Source of the DNA: Eledone cirrhosa
Taxonomy: Eukaryota
Length of the DNA: 64,000 nucleotides
NCBI GenBank assembly: GCA_964016885.1
Contig: OZ024740.1
Location: 66,960,001-67,024,000 of the forward strand
Direction of reading: 5' to 3'
The notes below the pieces were generated by a model. That model was not told the origin of the DNA. It was given only the letters and a program-made list of their open reading frames with translations, and ran no database searches. Numbering within the stretch: position 1 is the stretch's first letter; every line of letters starts with the position of its first letter. Both the position numbers and the translations under genes were made by a program. This document shows, piece after piece, positions 56,143 through 64,000 of the stretch.

Positions 56143-56240
56143 AATTGTTTCTACGTTTGGCACAAGGCCAGCAATTATCCCAGTGATTACTGGTACTTTA
56201 TTTTATCGACCCCGTAAGGATGAAAGGCAAAGTTAACCTC
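56143..56240 (-). mobile_element. SINE, partial
   Basis: Reverse complement of the same family as 54890-55070. Confidence 0.8.
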
Positions 56241-57510
56241 GGGATTTGAACTCAGACCATTTTAAATAGTAATAATACTCAGAATATAGACAGCATATTA
56301 GTAGAATCCTTCTATCTAAAGACATAATACCTTGCTCCATTTGTTCCTGATCTAGAAAGTTGATTGGTACATTATTTTGTTGATCACGAAAGTTTGAAAA
56401 GCAATGTTGACATTAATGGGAATTGAAAAGCGATATTTGTTCTGTCTCTTTGCGCTCTGATTTAAAATGTTACTGCTTTCAAATTGGGCGTTAGGTTTAA
56501 TTTGTTACCCAGTTTTCACCAACAGCTGAGATGCACCAACGCCATCTCAGTTCTATAAATATATGTATTGGGATTAATCGGGAGTAATATATTACGAGTT
56601 TGAGCAGAGATATAGGAAAAAGGATATATTAGCGCAGGCTAAAATGTTCCACACCACGCATTTAGAGCCCCCCATATGGTTTGTTTCAAACATACGAGGT
56701 AGATCTAATGAAATATGCCTCCTTCTTTCGAAATAATATAAATCTTGCTTTTCTGTGCCACTAGGACGTAAATGACACCTGGTATCCTCCTTGATAACTC
56801 TTCCTTTATTGCCGTGTGAAGTTATATTCGGAGCAGCACTTTGAACCCCCCGATATTGTCCCCTTCACAGTTGTTGAAAAGTACTTAATTTATCAATCGC
56901 AAAAACATAAATCGTTGTCTCCATAATCAAGCGCCATACGCTTGACATGGATTATCATAAGAGGATAAAACGTGTTTTCTCTTTATATTTGTTTGGGTAA
57001 TTGTAAATGATCTAATGTTATAGATGTGAAAATAAAAAAGAGTTCGTCACAGGTGCTAGGCGCTCTGAACGTAAATATCCGAATGAAAATATAGCAGATT
57101 ACTTATCCAGTGCTCTCTCAATTCCACCAGTCCACTGCCTGGTACTACATTTAGACAATAACGCATTTTCACAATAACGCATTTTGACAAATAACGCAGG
57201 GGCATAATAATATACCCAGTGGGGGACTGGGTCTAAAAATATTGGTCGCCAGGAGATGAAGGTGACCCACTTACATATATAATGGTATCATTTGCTTTTT
57301 ATAATGAATAAATAACATTTTCGAAAAATACATAAGTGGAAACAAAACAGTGCATAACATTTTTGCGGGAAAATATCTTACATTCTCCAATAAAAAAATA
57401 TTATGAATTTGGCGAAATCCAGATACTTTCAATAATTGTTTCTACTTTTGGCACATGACCTTTGGTCTTTCACACTGTATATATATATACATATATGTAT
57501 GTATATGTAG

Positions 57511-57549
<39 letters not shown>

Positions 57550-57702
57550 TTATTTTTTTTTTTTTTTATTTTATAGAAGGAGCTTCTACAGGACTAGTAC
57601 TGTTTCATTCAGATGAAATCTTCATTTAATTTATACTGCTCAGAAGCGATTCCTAGAGCTGAAATGATTGTAAATGACCTCTTTGAGTCTAAACTCTAAG
57701 CT

Positions 57703-58370
<668 letters not shown>

Positions 58371-59381
58371 CAGTGCTCCGCAAAAGTTTACAACACATTA
58401 GGAAAAATGCGGTTTTAGGTATGTTTAATAAAGTTAGGGTAATGAAAATTTAACTACTGATAGAACATATAATGCGGCATTTAATGATTCAATCATATTT
58501 AAAAAAAAATAACAAGGAAATAACTCATGAAGAAAAATCAATATTTTTATAACGCAAAAGTTTACAACACATTTATTAAATCATCTCTTAATATTTTGTA
58601 GCGTAACCTTTGTTGCTAATTACAGCCTGTAGGCGTTTGGTGTAGCCTCCTACAAACTTCTTGGCTAATATTTTTCCATTCTTCATATCATATATCATAT
58701 CGATGTGGTGAACGACTAATTGTATCTGTGCTCACTTTTACTCCACTTCCTTCTAGGTCACCCCAAAGATTTTAATGAGTACACCGGGGTTCGTTGCCAA
58801 CCTTTCTCGTCAATAACCGAGCTGCACGTTCCGTTATCTTTCTAGGACGACCATAACTAATTAGAGGACAGATGGAATGATGAGATTTCCAGTGACGAAT
58901 TATAGTACTAACTGAACTCAATGGACCATTTAACTGACAAGATATCTTTCTATAACCAACACTATTTGTATGAAGGTCTACAATACGTTTTCGGAGGTCT
59001 TAATCAATCAGTTTATTTTCCCCCATATTGTCAATGTTTACAGGACGGTTGTCAATGTTTACAGGATGGTTGTCAGACAAATAATGAGGTAATGTTTTTA
59101 ATTGTCCTTAGAAGTTACCTTAAACCTAATCTAGAACATTCTATTGAAATGTAAATCTGAAAATATAAATATAAATATAAAATGTGTTGTAAACTTTTGC
59201 GTTATAAAAATATTGATTTTTCTTCATGAGTTATTTCCTTGTTATTTTTTTTTAAATATGATTGTATCATTAAATGCCTCACTATATGTTCTATCAGTAG
59301 TTACATTTTCATTACCCTAACTTTAATAAAAAATACCTAAAACCGTATTTTTCCTAATGTGTTGTAAACTTTTGCGGGGCA

Positions 59382-59384
<3 letters not shown>
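58371..59384 (-). mobile_element. Internally deleted Tc1-family DNA transposon of IR/DR type
   Basis: About 205-bp TIRs (CAGTG..CACTG, TA flanks), each with two GCAAAAGTTTACAACACATT direct repeats. Minus-strand remnants DLRKRIVDLHTNSVGYRKIS, GRPRKIT and C-terminal YTKRLQAVISNKGYATKY*. The DDE core is absent. Confidence 0.93.
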
Positions 59385-59467
<83 letters not shown>

Positions 59468-59470
59468 CAG

Positions 59471-59533
<63 letters not shown>

Positions 59534-59538
<5 letters not shown>

Positions 59539-59592
59539 ACCAGTAATACACTGGGATAATTGCTGGCCTTGTGCCAAAAGTAGAAACAATTA
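59534..59592 (+). mobile_element. SINE 3' fragment
   Basis: AAAGTACCAGTAATACACTGGGATAATTGCTGGCCTTGTGCCAAAAGTAGAAACAATT. Confidence 0.8.
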
Positions 59593-59834
59593 TTTGGTCA
59601 GTACTTCGTGTGTATGTGTAAGTATATATATGCTTGTGTGTGTCTATATATGTATGTTTGCATGCATGAATGAATACACTAAGCTTTAGATTTAGTAGAA
59701 CCACTGATTGCAGCTATTTGCACTATCATATATTTTGGTTTCCATTAATTCGCCGAGGATTTGGTTGACCAGATGCTTTGCTTAATTATTTCATTTATTT
59801 TCTTTAAAAATGTATTCTTTCTCTTAAACTTCAG

Positions 59835-60030
59835 GTATTTTTTAAAGCAAACCATTGGCCCCTAAAATACTAGAGTGGGCCCTGCAAGGTTACTGTAGAC
59901 CCCTGCAATGCTACCTGCAATGCCCCTGCAATGCCACGTGCCATTGGGCAACCTGGCAACCTGGCCAGTCCGCCACTGAATATACCTGCACACAAAATAT
60001 ATTATTCGTTAGACGCATTTTTTTGTTACA
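59835..60030 (+). pseudogene. Possible damaged terminal SLC6 exon
   Basis: Polypyrimidine tract and CAG acceptor at 59832-34. GAGTGGGCCCTGCA would give EWGPA (SLC6 C-terminal WGP motif) with one extra G. Followed by about 2 kb of repeat-poor AT-rich sequence with AATAAA motifs, like a 3' UTR. The frame is not intact. Confidence 0.25.
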
Positions 60031-62214
60031 CAAAATATATAACTTGATCAATTTGATACAAATGAAGAAAATCATGTACTATCTGTCAATGTGTTTGATT
60101 TATGCCTTCGATGGAAATATAGAATTTAATATGTCGGTTTCGTGCAGGCAGCATTACAAATTTACAAATATGTTTTTTAACATCAAATTAGAAAATATTT
60201 TCCAAATGTTATTGTTAATTAACTAGCAAGAATCACGTTTTCATTATATTTAATTCCTTCCAATGCATCGTCACCTTTAACTAATGTTTACAAAACATTT
60301 CAATTTATCATTCTATGATTTGGAATATTCATGAAGAGACTAGGTCCTTTCTGAATTATTCATTATCTCGATGCGGTGGAAGTGGTTGAGATTTTACCGT
60401 ACTGAATAAACATGTAATTGCTTTCAAGTACTCTCTTCAGAATCCGAAATTTAGTGCATGTGTATGTTGTGGCCATCGATACGTGGTTATAAAATAATTA
60501 CTACTAAAGTGGTAAAAGATACATCTGAGTCATTAATGAAACGAGTAATCAGCTAAATGGTTAGTGGTTCATACCATGCCACTGGCTCTGCATTATATCA
60601 TTGGACAAAATATTTAATTATTTATGTTGGAGTTCAGTTCACCCAGCTCAAACTATGTATTATAGTATGGCATATTTATTGCACGATGTACGTTAATAAA
60701 AAGACATTGTATTAAGCGTATGTACAAAATTTCTTTTCAGAAAATGTTTAAAATTATGGAGGGCAATCTTTCTGTTTGATCAATTTGAAATCATATTGGA
60801 TGCAATGTTGGATTAGATCACTACAAGACAGTGGAGTTGGTTTTGTTGTGAAATACATTTTGTATTGATTTTACATAAACAATTGATAGTTCTGTATAGT
60901 TCGGTAAGGATTGAACAATTGAATAATTGCTTCCCTATAAGATCAAGAATGCTTTGTGTACTTTTTTTAAATCTAAATATAATCGTATAAAATGTATATG
61001 AATAGTTAAGCGATTGAAAGACTTGAAAATAGAAAACCGCAGTAAATATATATGATGTTCATATTATCAGAATATTGTAATTATTTTGTATACACATTTT
61101 TCAAAGTTGCACTAATTATAAGTCCAATTTGAAAAAAATATTGTAGAGTTAAGAGTGAATATACTTGAATAGAGACAACTAAAAATGAATACATATTTCT
61201 CTCTATAAAACAATTAAACTTTGAATATTTTTAAATATATAAGGACAAGATATATCAATGACTTGTGAAATACTATTAGTCATCTAGTGTCTAACACCTT
61301 TTTTTTTCCTTCTGTAGACATCGAGTTTATTAATTCCAGAAAAGATATGTAATATTATTTTTTTTTCTGAAATAAAGTTTCTATTATTTTTTTTTTTTAT
61401 TTAATTTATTGAAAATAACATCTAATATGATGTGCGGCGTAAATTCCTGTTTCCATACAGTCTAGAAATTCTTTGACTTAAGAAAACAAAAATCAGAAGA
61501 AAACAAAACATTCATACGAACTTGCATCATTTTATATAGGGAGAAATAAGAGTGAGACAGAACGGAGGTGTATTTATAGATAATAATTTTCTTTAATCAG
61601 ACATGAGTATTGTTTTTATAATTGTTATTTACATGGTTTAACTTTTCTCAAATATTAACGGTAACGATTGGTATGCTAATCATATCAAATATTTAAAAGT
61701 TCTTATATTTTGTGGGCAGTTAGAACATGCATGAATATTCTGTCAAAATCTATTATATATCTGTTCTTTATGAAGTAGGTTGATAGGGGAGGTGAAGTTC
61801 CACAGGTATGGGTTCAATTGAATGACTAGAAAATGATTTTTGTTTGAATAGAAGATTCCTTATCTGTAGTTTGTGTGGGGAGGGCGGTTCCGTTGTGACA
61901 AGAGTTCAAATTATTTTCCGGGATAGCGAGAAGTGGATATAAACATTTTCTTTTGTCTTAAGTGTGTGTGCGTGAGGTATACGGGAGGATCCATTATGTC
62001 ATGTGACCAGGTTTATTTTTAGGGTTTCAAGATAAAAGTAACAATAAAAGAACAAGATAATTAAATAAACATCCAAATAAAGGTATAGACATGACTGAAT
62101 GAGGTTCCTTTGTGTGCGTGGTACAAATGTACAATCAAAAATATTCACGCACGAGTACAAATGTGCACACACACACACACATATATAAAGAAAGAACGAT
62201 CGACTTTCGTCAAA

Positions 62215-63117
<903 letters not shown>

Positions 63118-63118
63118 A

Positions 63119-64000
63119 TTCATGGTATGGTGGGACAGTAGACTTAAACAAAAACTTAATGAACAATTAAAAGACAGCTTAACCCTGATAATGTACTCCC
63201 GCTACGTAGATGATATAAACATCGTAGTTAAGACACCCCCACTAAAGAACAGTCAGGAACTAGAGAAAAACACAATGGAAAGCATCCAGCAAATAGCAAA
63301 CTCCATCCACCAGAGCATTAGAGTTACTATAGACTACCCAAGTAGACACCCCAACCATCGATTACCTGTACTAGACACAGAGCTCTGGTTAGATACCATT
63401 AACAACCAAAAACAAATCCTCCATTCCCATTATGCCAAACCCATGACTTCCAAACATCTGATCCACCGAAACTCGGCCATTTCGGACCATACCAAAATCA
63501 ACATACTGATTGCGGATTTGGTACGGGTGATGAGAAATGTGTCCCGCATGTGCAACCCCGAAGATCTAGAGAGACACATACAACACTTCATCCACCGTAT
63601 GCAGTTCTCTGGCTACAATCAGAGAGATAGAATCAGAGTGTATAAAGGAGCCAGAACCAAATGGGAAAAAATGGTAAATAATGACATAAATGGGACCTGC
63701 CCCTTGTATAGGAGCAAATTTTGGAATAGAATAGAAAGAACTAGGAACAAGGCCAATAGAATAAACTCATGGTATGATAGCAATAAATACCAGAGTGTAA
63801 TGTTCATCAATACAACCCCTAGAGGCGAACTAGCCTACAAATTTAGAAGGGCCCTAAATAAACATAATCTCAATATTAAGATAGTAGAAAGACCTGGTAC
63901 CTCCGTAAAAACACTTATTAGCAAGACATACCCGTTCCAAAGACCCTCATGTATAGATAAGAAATGTATAACCTGTAAAATAAGCCCCCATATTAACTGT
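63119..64000 (+). mobile_element. PLE family A ORF, 294 stop-free codons running off the window (RT palm/thumb and Cys linker)
   Basis: Manual translation: [83 protein letters not shown]. Absent from the ORF track because no stop is reached. Confidence 0.92.

Noticed and set aside
56690-56965. Possible mariner relic (TACGAGG start, IH..YG-like fragment); also a short TIR-like start at 17427
   Set aside because: Too degenerate, and no partner TIR was found by eye.

Overview
AT-rich eukaryotic DNA packed with microsatellites. The tRNA-derived SINE resembles octopod cephalopod SINEs, so the taxon is an inference. The window looks mostly intronic: one clean 101-bp exon of an SLC6 Na+/Cl- neurotransmitter transporter (6800-6900, +) and two damaged candidate downstream exons (19675-19768; about 59835). 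The rest is mainly mobile DNA. It holds several Penelope-like element (PLE) families with RT/GIY-YIG remnants, plus many short palindromic PLE derivatives carrying minimal type I hammerhead ribozyme (HHR) motifs and sitting in (TA)n or (TACA)n tracts. It also holds a head-to-tail array of three L1/Tx1-type LINE copies in (TTA)n, R4/Dong-type LINEs in (TAA)n and (CATA)n, a CRE-like relic, an internally deleted IR/DR Tc1 transposon and many SINEs. The most notable signals are HHRs with a conserved, covarying 61-62 nt domain replacing stem II, a U3-A8 compensatory-core HHR, HHR palindromes, a (TA)n tract full of Tc1-type TACWGTA footprints, and Tx1 neighbours with near-identical ORF2 but highly diverged ORF1. 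All coordinates, alignments and folds were done by eye, so element boundaries are approximate.
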